From: Mobula hypostoma
Lineage: Eukaryota
NCBI RefSeq assembly: GCF_963921235.1
Contig: NC_086101.1
Coordinates: 79,794,001 to 79,858,000 of the forward strand
DNA: 64,000 nt
Reading direction: 5' to 3'
A program made the translations under genes and the position numbers. The notes under the pieces were generated by a model, which had not been told where the DNA came from, did not search any database, and saw only the letters and a program-made list of their open reading frames with translations. This document shows positions 12,634 to 25,409 of this stretch, one piece after another. Every line of letters begins with the position of its first letter. Position 1 is the stretch's first letter.

Positions 12634-13230
12634 CTGTAGAAGTGTTACAGATAATGGGTGCTTAGTAATGTGGGTCATCCAATCAGGTGAGAAGGCTGGG
12701 GGAACGGGGGTTTTTGTGCCTGACACAAGTGTGAGCCTTGCTCTTGGTTGGGCAGGAGATGGAGAGTAGACGGCAGAAAGAACCAGTCATAGGATTCAAC
12801 CCAATGGGGACCATGATTTGATGGAGCAAGGTGCGGGAATCTACTGAGGATTGGTGAAAATGCATTTTGGAAGACTTGAGCTCCAAACTGCGCACATTTG
12901 ACTGTTTAATTATAATAGGCCCTTTTCATCCCCCCCCTTCTTTTCTTTACTAACTCTATAGTTAAGTTAATATTCATAAATATACTTCCTTTAATTATAT
13001 ACAGTGTGCGGTCTGTTATTTCCTGCCAATGAGCTGTAACAGGGCAGCAAATCACACAGCATTCACACAAATCAAGGCTTGGATGGGAGAGACCTCCCAA
13101 TCTTATGGATTTGGTGGAACCAGAATGTGTATATCCTAGACATACGAGGCCATAGAATAGTGGGTTTCCCAGTGCTGAGTTGGGAGACTGCCAGTGAGGG
13201 CTAACGAGCCATTTCCTGAGACGCCTGGGA
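12634..13230 (+). mobile_element. Possible LTR-like fragment
   Basis: Abuts the CR1 5-prime truncation, begins TGT, contains CCAATCAG and a TGTAACA end at about 13040; composition differs from the flank. Family not recognised. Confidence 0.35.
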
Positions 13231-14134
13231 AAAAAGTGTGTTCAAATAAATACAATTAAAATGAATATGCTTAAATTTCACTCCAATGGAGTTTAAAAAC
13301 AAATTCAAATAGTTAATAATAAAGATACCGAAACCAAACACTACAAACACAATTTTCTGTATGACTGTGTCTGGAACAAACAAGCATGCAACCATAAGTC
13401 ATCACGTATTTTTCTTAAATTTTTTTTGGCTGAAAAATGCATCAGAAAGTTTTTCAAAATTTGCTCGCAAATTACTTGTTTTCCCAAATGAGCAACAAAT
13501 CTAATTAAGGTAATAATCTTTTCAAACAGCAGAATAGGTTATTTTGAGATATAGATATACCCATTTATGTTTTACATTAAATAATGACAAATACAACCAC
13601 AAAGGTGTTTACACTGCCATTGTAATTTTAAGTCAGAACTCTGCCACATTAGAAGACATCCCATTAGACTGCTTTCAAACACCCAAGCATTAACTACTGC
13701 TAACCTGAATCTCCATTTGCTACATCTAGCTGAACAGACCAATCATAAAGACCCATTTTCAAAAGAATGCATGTATTCAAACATATCAAACTAATCTGGA
13801 ACAATTATCATTTAACCCAAGAAAAGAGCTTTCCTGCCAATGTAACAGGGCAGCTCAAAACCAAGAAAGAACCCAAGAAACATTTGTATTTTGGACTATC
13901 TTACATCTTTGCAGAGTAGGTAATTTTAGAAACCAAGAAAATCTAAATGTACTGAGCCTTAGAATTACATACAACAGCCTTCAAATGAATGGTACAGTAG
14001 GACACATTTTCATTGCTCATATTCCACCTTAGAAAAACAATAGAGTTGGAGTCACTGCTCTGGTTCTAGGTAATTGGAAAACTAACTTGTGACGCAGAAG
14101 AGCTTGGTCACAGCTCGACTTATGCAAGAGCTGC

Positions 14135-15530
14135 ACGCTGCACCTATAAAAAGTATTCACCCCTCCCCCCTTGGAAGTTTTCATGTTTTATTGTTTTACA
14201 ACATTGAATCACAGTGGATTTAATTTGGCTTTTTTGACACAGATCAACAGAAAAGGACTCTTGTGTCAAAGTAAAAATAGATCTCTACAAAGCAATCTAA
14301 ATTAATTACAAATATAAAACACAAAATAATTGATTGCACAAGTATTCACCCCCTTTAATATGACACACCAAATCATCACTGGTGCAGCCAATTGGTTTTA
14401 GAAATCAAATAATTAGTTCAATGGAGATGTTTTTGGAGACCTGTGTGTTGTCAAGGGTTCTATTGATTGTAGTAAAAATACACCTGTTATCTGGAAGGTC
14501 CAACTGTTGGTGAGTCAGTATCCTGGAAAAAACTAAATTATGAAGACAAAATACACTCCAAGCAACTCCACGAAAAGGTAATTGAAAATCACAAGTCAGG
14601 AGATGGATGCAAGAAAATTTCCCAAGTCACTGAATATCCATTAGAGTACAGTTAAGTCAAACATGAAGCAATGGAAAGAATATGGCACAGCTGTAAATCT
14701 ACTGAGATCAGGCTGTCCTCAAAAACTGAGTGACTGTGCAAGAAGGGGACTAGTGAGGGAGGCCACCAAGAGACCCATGACAATTCTGGAGGAGTAACAA
14801 GCTTCAGTGGCTGAGAAGGGAGAGACTGCGCATACTAACAACTGTTGCTTGGGTGCTTCACCAGTTGCAGCTTTATGAGAGAGTTGCAAGGAGAAGGCAA
14901 CTGTTGGAAAAAAAACTCATGTGAAACCTCAGCTAGAGTTTGCAAGAAGGCATGTGGGAGAAGGTTCTATGGTCTGATGAAACCAAAATTGAGTTTTTTG
15001 ACCAGACTAAACACGGTGGTTGGCAAACACTGCACATCATAAAAAACATACCATCCCTACCGTGAAGAATAGTGGTAGCTGCATCATGTTATGGGGATGC
15101 TTCACTACAGCAGGCCCTGGAAAGCTTGTGAAGGTAGAGTGTAAAATGAATGCAGCAAAACACAGGGAAATCCTGGAGGAAAACCTGATACTGTCTGCAA
15201 GAGAACTGCCACTTAGGAGGAGATCTGTTTTCCAGCAAGACAATGACCACAAGAATAAAGCCAAAGCTACACAGGAATGCCTTAAAAACAACAAAGTTAT
15301 GTCCTGGAGTGGCTAAATCAGGATCCAGACCTCAATCCAATTGAGAACTTGTGGCTGGACTTGAAAAGGGCTGTTCACGCATGATCCCCATGTAATCTGG
15401 CAGAGTTTAAGCAATATTGTAAAGAATGGGAAAAAAATTACACTGTCCAGATTTGTAAAACTGATAGAACAACCCCCACAAACTCAAGGCTATAATTGCT
15501 GCCAAAGGTGCATCGACTAAATACTGACTT
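14135..15530 (+). mobile_element. Tc1/mariner transposon, Passport-like, right TIR missing
   Basis: Left IR with repeated AAGTATTCACCCC. Transposase from ATG 14540 (MKTK..SKQL.EKVIE.HKSGDG) through [39 protein letters not shown] to AAKGASTKY-stop at about 15527, with multiple frameshifts. Confidence 0.92.
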
Positions 15531-15872
15531 GTCCTTTTGTAATCCAACAATTCCACTTCTACTGTAGCTCCTTAAGGCCGTCACAGCCTTAGGGCCTTTG
15601 GGGGGGGAGGGGGAAGAAGTAGTGGGGATAAGCTCCCACTACCTATTAAATGCTCCCAAAAGCATGCATTTCAAATAGCCTCTGATAACCAAGTCTAGCT
15701 CTTGGTAATTTACATTTGTGATTGCAGAAGTTGTTTTAACTCATTTGGACCAACAACCAATAAGGTTAGATGTAAACTACAACTTCCTTTGCATTTCAAA
15801 TAGCCTGAAGAGTCCATTTGTGGAAAAGAAATCCAGCAACTATTGTTCTTTTGCAGGCTAGATTAACCTTTT

Positions 15873-16617
15873 CATAGAAACATAGAAAACCTACAGCACA
15901 ATACAGGCCCTTCAGCCACAAAGCTGTGCCAAACATGTCCTTACGTGAGAAATTACCTAGGATTACCCATTCCCTCTATTTTTCTGAGCTCCATATACCC
16001 GCCCAGGAGTCTCTTAAAGGACCCTATCGTATCCGCTTCCACCAACATTGCTGGCAGCCCATTCCACACACTCACCACCCTCTGTGTAAAAAACTTACTC
16101 CTGATATCTCCTCTGTACCTACTTCCAAGCATCTTAAAACTATGGCCTCTCGTGCTAGCCATTTGAATCCTGGGGGAAAAAAACCTCTGACTATCCACAC
16201 GATCAATACCTCTTATCACCTTATACAACTTTATCAGGTCACCTCTCATCCTCTGTCGCTCCAAGGAAAAAAGGCCGAGTTAACTCAACCTATTCTCATA
16301 AGGCATGCTCCCCAATCCAGGCAACATCCTTGTAAATCTCCTCTGCACCCTTTCTATGGTTTCCACATCCTTCCTATAATGAGGCAACTAGAACTGAGCA
16401 CAGTACTCCAAACTGGGTCTGACCAGGGTCCTATATAGCTGCAAGATTACCTCTCAGCTCCTAAACTTAATCCCACGATTGATGAAGGCCAATGCACCGT
16501 ATGCTTTCTTAACCACAGAGTCAACCCGCACAGCAGCCTCGAGTGTCCTACGGGCTTGGACCCCAAGATCCCCCTGATCCTCCACACTGCCAAGAGCCTT
16601 ACCATTAATACTATATT
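15873..16617 (-). mobile_element. CR1 LINE 3-prime fragment
   Basis: CATAGAAACATAGAAA tail; RMRGDLI.LYK..RGIDRVDSQR..STRGHSFK. Same subfamily as 26912-29180. Confidence 0.95.
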
Positions 16618-17134
16618 TCTTATTCTTAATAGAAAGTAAACACTTTCACAAAAGCCAATTTAAAGAATAACAATCCTACAGCAAACATTCTGAGAGTCCT
16701 TTAGATTTGTCTTCAGTTCCACTTTCATAAGTTTACTGAACTGATGATCAGCATTTCCATGTGACTGAAAATTACAGCTTTTGTTTGGGTTTTCCTAAGT
16801 TACGCACTCCAAGTATCTACCTAAAAATGCTCATGGATGATAAAAGAAATACTGAATATTTTGGACTGTGTTTCAGGAGCTCATTTGTCAGCTATCCATT
16901 AGAATTTTGAAACAGACAGTCACACATTGTACTTGGCATAGTGTTGGGAAATACCATTAAGTACCTCACTACCATGGGCTGCCTTTTGTTTTTGAATAAA
17001 GTTCAGCAGTTTTGAAAAAGAGTAAGTCATAACATGAAAGTCACTGTGCTTGTAGACTTCGAGACCACGGCATCCTACTTGCAAACCTACACTGCATCCT
17101 ACACTGATTGGCCTAACCTCAAACAATAATAATG

Positions 17135-17900
17135 CATCCAGGGAAGAAGTCATCACCTTGACACAGTGATATCAAGAAAACAACCTCTCCCTCAATGTCG
17201 CAAAAACAAAGGAGCTGGTTGTGGACTACAGGAGGAATGGAGATAGGCTCGCCCCTATAGAGATCAATGGATCTGGGGTTGAAAGAGTGAACAGCTTCAA
17301 GTTCCTCGGCATAAACATCACTGAGGATCGTACTTGGTCTGTGCATACCAGCTGTGTGGTGAAAAAGGCACAACAGCGCCTCTTTCACACCAGACAGTTG
17401 AAGAAGTTTGGTGTGGGGCTCCAAATTCAAAGAACTTTCTACAGAGGCACAATTGAAAGCATCCTGACTGGTTGCATCATTGCCTGGTATGGGAATTCTA
17501 CTTCCCTCAATCGCAGGATTCTGCAGAGCGTGGTGCGGACAGCCCAGCGCATCTGTAGATATGAACTTCCCACTATTCAGGACATTTACAAAGACAGGTG
17601 TGCAAAAAGGGCCCGAAGGATCATTGGGGACCCGAGTCACCCTAACCACAACTGTTTCAGCTGCTAATCCGGGAAACGGTACTGCAGCATAAAAGCCAGG
17701 ACCAACATGCTTCTTCCACCAGGCCATCAGGCTGCTTAACTCATGCTGACACAACTGTATTTCTACGTTATACTGACTATCCTTTTGTACATACTATTAT
17801 AAATTACTATAAATTGCACATTTAGACTGAGACCTAACGTAAAGATTTTTACTCCTCATGTATATGAAGGCTGTAAGTAATAAAGTCAATTCAATTCAAA
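17135..17900 (+). mobile_element. Rex1/Babar-type LINE 3-prime portion
   Basis: NNLSLNVAKTKELVVDYRR..VERVNSFKFLGINITEDRTW..KKAQQRLF..FYRGTIESILTGCIIAWYG; tail AATAAAGTCAATTCAATTCAA. Confidence 0.93.
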
Positions 17901-19429
17901 CCAGCATGGATTTGGGAGATAGATCTTTTTGTAATGAGATGCAAAATTAGAATTAGTTTTAATACTTTTGTTATTTGGATCTAAAATTGCAGCCAATTCT
18001 GCAATATAGTTCTCAGTAAATTCTTCAATCAAACATTTTCATGTAGATAAAAACCACAAACCAGTTTGTGCATTCAGTAAATCTCTTTACTGATTGCAAA
18101 AATTGTCTACCTTATGTTCAGACATTTTCTTAATGTGGATATCTTGATTTTCCTTAATTCTGATATTTCAGGTTTTCAAGTTGCTTGCTTTGTTGTAAAT
18201 GAGTGATGCATTGCAAAGAGACGGTGGTTTGTAAACCTTTCCTGGCTTGAAAATGTTGTTTTTCCCTTCATTCCCATGTTTCTTCAAAGGAATCTCACCA
18301 TCATTGACAAAAGTCTTATGAATTATTAACCTTATGAATACTGGACACAGCCTACTATATAGAGGCACTGTGTTCTACAGAAACAGTGCAAGCACACCAC
18401 ATACGTTCACCATAATGACTGAATATATTTGGATTCAAACCATCTTAACATCACAGTTCCAATACACAACCGAGGTTTTATGGCCAGTCTACTCAGATAT
18501 TGGCAGCATTATGTACAGTACTAATTCACAAGAAGTGCCAGTATTTATTTTTAAAGAAGGCACAATTCCCTTTCAGAAACACTTGAATCATTTTCTTAAA
18601 TGGTGAATGTTGTAAAGGCAACATGCACATTATGAGGGATTGTATTCCAAGACCCCCTTCTGTATTACAATTTTCTGTAATACAAATCCTCTTTTTCTAT
18701 TGAATCCATTTTGTAAACAGACATGCATTCTTCCAGGATATTTCTCTCTTACATCAAACCATTTTATTTGTGATGACAGGGGGACCCTCCGTCATTATTT
18801 AACAGCTGAGGACAACATTACACTCAAACAACATGCAAGGCTGCTGCAAAAGAAACAATAGTTTGCTAACTTTTATTTTTAGTCATTCAATACTGTGGGG
18901 CAATAAAATTTGGTTATTGATTGGAATGGCATCACAGCTATATCCTACCTTTTCCAAGCTGTTTTCAGTCCAAGGTCATGTGAATTCAGGGTGCCCTGCT
19001 GTGCACTTCACCTGGCCCAAAAAGCTTGTGGATTAGGACAAGTTTTATAAGTGGGGATTTCAGGAGAAGGGATTGGATTTGAGGATTGGGCTTCATGGAA
19101 GAAAGGTGGTGTGGTAGGCATTTGCCAGGTGGGCTCATGGTTAGTGGAAGTGGAGTAATGGCAGAGGGATACAACAGTGAGCCAGCCATGGCTGCAGCAA
19201 CTCCCAACAATGCAGTAACATGAAAGGTATAGTTAGAAAATGAACACTATGCCAAGAGGGCAATCAAAACCTGGTAAAGATGTCATCTTTAAAGGTTTTG
19301 GGCTGGGTAAAGATAGACAGAATAGGAGATTTAAGATTTGTAACCAAATGACCAAAGTGAAGGGAAGCTCAAGAATTGGATTTTTTTTAGATGAAATATG
19401 CTATAATGAGGCTTCGAATTGTCCATAGC

Positions 19430-19690
19430 TTTGGAAAGTTCAAAGTTCTGAGTAAATTTATTATCAAAGGACATACATGTCACCATATACAACCATGAGA
19501 TTCATTTTCTTGCAGGCATTCACATTAGATGCAAAGAAACGCAATAGAATCAATGAAAAACACATGACAAAAATGGACAAAACCAATGTGTAAAAGGCAA
19601 GAAACTATACAAATACAAAAAAAAGCAATAAATATTGAGAACACAAGTTGTAGAGTCCTTAAAAGTGATTTTGGAATAAGTTCAATTTCA
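19430..19690 (-). mobile_element. Rex1-type 3-prime UTR fragment
   Basis: Reverse complement of the tail family (AAAGTTCAAAGTT..AAATTTATTATCAAAG). Confidence 0.7.
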
Positions 19691-19929
19691 ACACAAATAT
19701 AAAGGAGTTTTAAATTTGGTATGCAGAAGCATTAGAACTACCATTCACCAGCAAGATCACAGATGCTGGTTCAGTAAAATTTGGGCAAAATGTATTATGG
19801 ACTAAAATTTCCAGATGTCAAAGAATGATGACTAGCTGTGAAACAGTCAAGTCTGTTCATGATATTTTGGGAATAACTATTTTGGCAGCAAATTGAACAC
19901 AGAAACAAATGTCAAGGGAGGAAGTTCTC

Positions 19930-20930
19930 TGCAACAAGATAGAACTAAATAGATTAAAATCTATGTACAGTGTTAACAAAGTAAATGCAATGCACTGTGA
20001 AGTAGATGAAGTTCAATGTGGAGAAATTAGACGATGTACATTTTGGTGGCAAAAATGAAGACAGGCAATATAGAATAAAGGGTACTATTCTAAAAGGAAC
20101 ATTAAAGCAGAAAGGCTTGAGATTTGGGGACACAAATCATTGAAAATAGTAGAACAGATAGAGGAAACAGTTCTAAACGTTATCACAAAGTATGAATGCA
20201 GAAAAGCTTTATTCATCTCTTATAAAACACTGGCTGGCCTCAAATGGAGCTTTTACTCACCCCCCCCAAGTTACCACGTACAGGATGTATGTAAAGGCAT
20301 TAGAGCATCCAAAAAAGTTACAAGAAAATGGTTCCTGAAATAAACAACTATAATCACATGGATAAATTAAGAATGGCTAAAGAGAAAACAGTGGGAGTGG
20401 GGATTTCAAATAAAAAGCATACAAAGTTGATGAGGGGTGCGGAAAATTAGATATTGGGAGGCTGTCCCTTTGGTTGAGGAATCACTGCATGGAAGACAAA
20501 GCTGTAAAGAGAATTAAAAGCATCCTGAAGATTTTAAAATTTAACCACATGTTGTAATCTGAAGTTGTGTGGTGCCAGGCTCCCTTGTGAAAGTGGACCA
20601 ACATACAGTGAAGAATGATTTACAAGCTTATGGAGATAGGGGCATGGGTAAAACTGCTGAATCACTCAGGAAAAAAAAGCAGGCGCAACCAAATAGCCTG
20701 GTTCTGTGCCCTAACCATACTATAATTCCACATTTCTCATTGTATGCTTTCATTTGAAACATACAGTCATAAAGTAACATAGCACAGAAATAGATTCCTT
20801 GGCCCATCTTGTCCATACAGGCCACTCCCTTATATTAATCTCATTTCCCCAATATAACCTTCTATGCCACTCTTCAAGTGCTCATTTAGTACTATTTAAA
20901 TGTTATACAAATTTCTGCCTCAGGTACATA
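19930..20930 (+). mobile_element. Old decayed CR1 fragments (plus, with a minus-strand 3-prime end at 20760-20930)
   Basis: Residual CR1 ORF2 motifs (AAGTTCAATGTGGAGAA..CATTTTGGTGGCAAAAAT; TATAAAACACTGG). Confidence 0.55.
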
Positions 20931-21238
20931 TTTGTGCAATATTTAAGATCCCAATGTAGGAGTTTGGCCTAAAACAAAGACAATTCTCTTCCTCCCACAG
21001 ATGCTGTTTGAAGCTCTGGGTCCCTCCAGCAGATTGTTTGTTACTTCAGATTTCATTACCCAGTATCTTTTTAGTCTCCAAGCATATATTTTAACTGAGA
21101 TCTTTGAAATTGAGAATTAAAACTACATGGAATAAACTAAAACAACAGGAATTCTGCAGATGCTGGAAATTCAAGCAACACACATCAAAGTTGCTGGTGA
21201 ACGCAGCAGGCCAAGCAGCATCTGTAGGAAGAGGTGCA

Positions 21239-21272
21239 GTCGACGTTTCAGGCCGAGACCCTTCGTCAGGAC
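21239..21272 (-). ncRNA. Minimal type-I hammerhead ribozyme motif (Penelope type)
   Basis: Minus strand GTC-CTGACGA-AGG-GTCTCGG-CCT-GAAA-C-GTC-GAC: intact CUGANGA/GAAA/GUC core, 3-bp stems I and II, loopless palindromic ACGU helix III. Confidence 0.7.
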
Positions 21273-21277
21273 CCTTC

Positions 21278-21311
21278 GTCCTGACGAAGGGTCTCGGCCT
21301 GAAACGTCAAC
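21278..21311 (+). ncRNA. Minimal hammerhead motif, second arm (stem I mismatch)
   Basis: GTC-CTGACGA-AGG-GTCTCGG-CCT-GAAA-C-GTC-AAC. Confidence 0.55.
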
Positions 21312-22179
21312 TACACCTCTTCCTACAGATGCTGCTTGGCCTGCTGGAATAAACTAAGCTGACATGAAATGGGATCAAACAGCTTACACTCCCAGAGTCA
21401 ACAATTCATCTTTTTAGGTGGAATAAACATTTCCTATTTTTTTTAAAATCACATTTAACTACAGCAAAACCCAGTTATTAGAACTTGTCAGATATAACAG
21501 GTACAAGTTAATCAAATATGCTAGTTTACAACATCGGCCCAGGTGCTCCTTTAACATTGTTCCAGTATCATTTTGGAGAATGTAACGTGCTCAATAACCA
21601 AGCTGAAACTACATTATGCAATACAACATATTACAATAGATTTTCAAAGCAATTTCTGCAGATTAATGTGAAATTTCAGTGTTCAAGCTCATCTCTTAGT
21701 ATTAGTAGTTGAAAAATAACCAGGCAGTGTGCTAAACTTAGATTATACCTTTTTTTGCACTAATGACATAAAACAAATCCAATTAAATGCTTTTCAAATG
21801 GATCGCATTGCAATTTTGCTCCTATTTGTATCACGATTTACAAATGCCAAACTCCCACATTACACCAGATAAAGGGTGAACTGGTAAGATATTGTGCAAT
21901 GATCAGATATTGGGTTGATATTACAAATATAAAATGGGGGTGGGGGAAGAAATAATATTTATGTTGCCCCACTACCCCCCCCACTCTGATTCAGTACAAA
22001 TGTAACCACACTGCCTGACCATTCATATGGAAGGGGAATGCTGCATAGCATCCAACAAGCTTTATAAATAACTTAGAGTGTAGGGAAAACTACAAAACTA
22101 ACTGTTCTGAAATAATCTTTAACATAAAACAATTTAAAGTATCAAAGATATAATGGATACATTGTAAAGCAGAGGACAG

Positions 22180-22560
22180 CATTACAGAAAACTGTATGGG
22201 GACTGCAGCTGCAATTTTTTTTCCCTACAGGGAGGTTGGTAGACATGTGGAAAGAGCAGTCACAGGAGGTCATAAAAGGAGGTACAATATGGCAAAGAAC
22301 ATTCAGTCAGGTACTTGGATTGGAAAGGTTTAGATGGAATTGGTTGAAACCCAGGCAAATGGGATTAACTTAGACAGACAAACACGAGAAAATCAGTAGA
22401 CGCTTGAAATTCAAGGCAAAACACACAAAATGCTGCAGGAACTCAACAGGCCAACAGTCAATGTTTTGCGCTGAGAACCTTCATCAGGGACTCAACCTAA
22501 AACAGACAGCTTGGTTAGTCTGGATGAGCTGGGTCAGAGGACTGCTTTCAGAGTGCATAA
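22180..22560 (+). mobile_element. Decayed CR1 3-prime end interrupted by a Penelope-derived piece (22378-22495)
   Basis: CR1 3-prime UTR-like sequence on both sides of ACACACAAAATGCTGCAGGAACTCAACAGGCC..CCTTCATCAGG. Confidence 0.6.
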
Positions 22561-23532
22561 CCAACACTGTTGGTTGCTTAAGTAAGAGCTAACATTGTTC
22601 TACTTTGAATATAGTCCTTTAGTAATCAACACATGTCTGTCAACTAATACTTGCCTCTCCCTTCTACTGTTTATGGTGAACAATAATGGCCAGCAATACT
22701 CTGTCAAGCCTCTGTCAAATAATTTTAACTAAAAACAGAATGCTATCACAGTTCTTAATCAGTGGAATTCTGTTGCTTATAATGATTATATAATGCAGTT
22801 CAGAAATATTTAACCTTGTTTCTAAATATTACACTATCACTAAAGCATTATGATTCTTGAATAGCATTTAAAAGCACTTAATGAAAATAAACCCATAAAG
22901 CAGATGCTTACTATAATTTTTTTTGTTTTAAATACATACCAAAACAAATGTATGAGCTGATATTTATATTTCATTCCAACCAGAAACAAATTCATAACAT
23001 TTATAACAGGCCTTCTAATAGGGCTTCTCAAAATTACATCAATAACCCCAAGCCTATACCACTTCCTGCTGTGAACACAGACCTCTCAATATAAAACATG
23101 CAAAGTGGTTTTCAACTACTAAGGCACTCAATTGTTTGGGGCAGGGGGGGGGGAGCATTAATGCTAGTTTGCTAAACACCAAACACCGTCTTTTTCAAGA
23201 AGATACAGTTTTATTTCCTCATTTAATTTGTGAATGCATTGTTCTTGCTGCAACTAATCCTTCTGCTTAATTTTCTCTGCCAAAATTTACTGAGAATAAA
23301 CCTTTTGGCTAAACTACCCCATACTACCATTCCCTACAACCACCCCCCCCCCCTCCACCTTAACTGTATTTTACAGGAAGACCATTGAGAGTGTCCTGGT
23401 TGCATCTTCATCTGGTAGCCAGGGAACAGTCGAGCATCACATCGGAAGTTTCCACAAAGGACTATGAGAACAGCTGAGAGAATCATAGAGGTCTCCCTAC
23501 CATCCATCAGGGCCACTTATCAGGAGTGCCGT

Positions 23533-25409
23533 CAATGTTCCCTCTAATTTTTAGTAGTCAGTGTGCGCAAAAATCTTATGTTGTGCAAATTTTTTTCCTG
23601 TCACAAAAGCATGTACGCACTGAATGCACACATGGGACAGTTTATGTAGGTTTACAAAATAAAACTGCACTGAACAACAAAATAACATACATATTTAAGT
23701 CACACACACAAAAATGCTGGTGAACGCAGCAGGCCAGGCAGCATCTCTAGGAAGAGGTACAGTCGACGTTTCTGGCAAAGACCCTTCGTCAGGACTAACT
23801 GAAAGAAGAGCTAGTAAGAGATTTGAAAGTGGGAGGGGGAGGGGGAGAGGGAGATCCAAAATGATAGGAGAAGACAGGAGGGGGAGGGATGGAGCTAAGA
23901 GCTGGAAAGTTGATTGGCAAAAGGGATACGAGGCTGGAGAAAGGAGAGGATCATGGGACAGAGGCCTAGGGAAAAAGGGGGGGGGAGCTCAGAGAATGGG
24001 CAAGGAGTTATAGTGAGGGGGACAGAGGGAGAAAAGAGAAAAAAAAATAATGAATAAATAAATAAGGGATGGGGTACAAAGGGGAGGAGGGGCATTAACA
24101 GAAGTTAAAGTCAATGTTTATGCCATCAGATTGGAGATATTTAATTTTTTAAATCATATTTAAGTCACTCAGTTATTTTTTCCTCTCTCCTGTCTTTAGA
24201 GTTTACAAAGAATGGGTAAATGCCATCTCGACCAATAGAACTTCCATCTCATTGATAGCTTTTCATTCTCATTAACATATCCAAATGACATTCACCTAAA
24301 CAGTTTCTCAGCTTGTTTTTGAGTTGATTCATTAGACTAAAACCTCGTTCACAGTCCGCACTAGATGTAAGGTCCTCCCAATGTCCACCAACTGTGCAAG
24401 GTCGCAAAACTGTTCATTTTGAAGTACAAATGCCACCATTTGAGCAAAGTTTGAAATCGGTTTGGATTTAATTTTTTCTTGCACGGAAAATTTGAAATCA
24501 TTAAACTGTCTAACTATTACAATATTTTCAGCTAGAAAATCATGATATTTTAGACATAAGGCATTAACTTGTTCATCGCCAAATGTGAAGTCACAATCTG
24601 CAAATGTGGAGAAATCAAAAGCTGACCATTCTTGTACCTCAACTTTGATCTCCTCTGGGTTTGACAGCTTTTGCTCTCTCTCATCTGCACTCAACCGTAA
24701 CATGCGTCCCACTCCTGTAACGGGTAATGGTGGGTTCTGTCGCCTGAGCTTTTGCACACCGTCCAAATATGATTTACTTGCCAAGTGATGCTTCAAAAAG
24801 TCAAGGTTCCAAATATCATCCCACTTCTTTCCACTAGCAAATTCTCCAGCAACTTTCGCATCATAACAATACAAACAGATAACTCCAGTTTCCGAATCAT
24901 ACATAAATATTTCTCATAGTTGAACGTTCATGACCTCATGAGCTTTCGGTGTAACAATTTCTACTATTTTGTTAAGCCATTCAACTTCAAACAAATTTGC
25001 AGTTCTTTTGCGCTTCACGCCCTTCACTTCTTTTGAATTCGACATAGTGAATCAATATTTTTTCCAATAAAAATTTAGTAAGCTATCTACAGGATTTGAA
25101 ACAGATCTTTGTAAAACTTTACGATAGGAACACTGTCTGTCAAACATGGCAGCCGCCGTGATACAGCTGTACAAACCAGAACAGGATAGGTAAGGTGACA
25201 TAAATTACTGACGTGCATTGTGGTATTTGAAAAACTGACTAACTAGTTAACAGAAACAGTTAGCTAAAAGATTATTTTCAATAAGTATAATTATTGACTA
25301 CTATATTATTTTAGGTAACTAACCTTTTGTGCGCACATTAATTTCCTTTGTGCGCTGGTTGAAAAACACATGCGCGCATGCACAGGCGCACAGCTTAGAG
25401 GGAACTATG
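23533..25409 (-). mobile_element. hAT transposon (ZNF862/C17orf113-like transposase), internally deleted
   Basis: TIRs CAATGTTCCCTCTAA and (reverse complement) CATAGTTCCCTCTAA; 8-bp TSD AGTGCCGT/AGAGTCGT. Minus-strand ORF remnant from ATG 25045 with CxxC..HxxSxx zinc-finger-like motif and frameshifted C-terminal SSADCERGFSLMN.LK.KLRN.L. Confidence 0.88.
23704..24154 (-). mobile_element. Penelope-like element 3-prime fragment
   Basis: Minus strand has ORF end LQSDGINIDFNFC-stop (PLE GIY-YIG C-terminus-like), a pyrimidine tract and a CTGACGA..GAAACGTC motif; TSD CATATTTAAGTCAC (23690-23703 and 24155-24168). Confidence 0.85.

Larger units (their letters stand above)
21141..21346. mobile_element. 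Penelope-derived palindromic element with target-site duplication
   Basis: 69-bp inverted arms (21204-21272 and 21278-21346, 2 mismatches); TSD GAATAAACTAA at 21130-21140 and 21347-21357. Confidence 0.9.

Noticed and set aside
17221-17667. ALKBH8-like host gene (DUF1891-type similarity)
   Set aside because: This is the C-terminal region of Rex1/Babar ORF2, repeated many times in the window.
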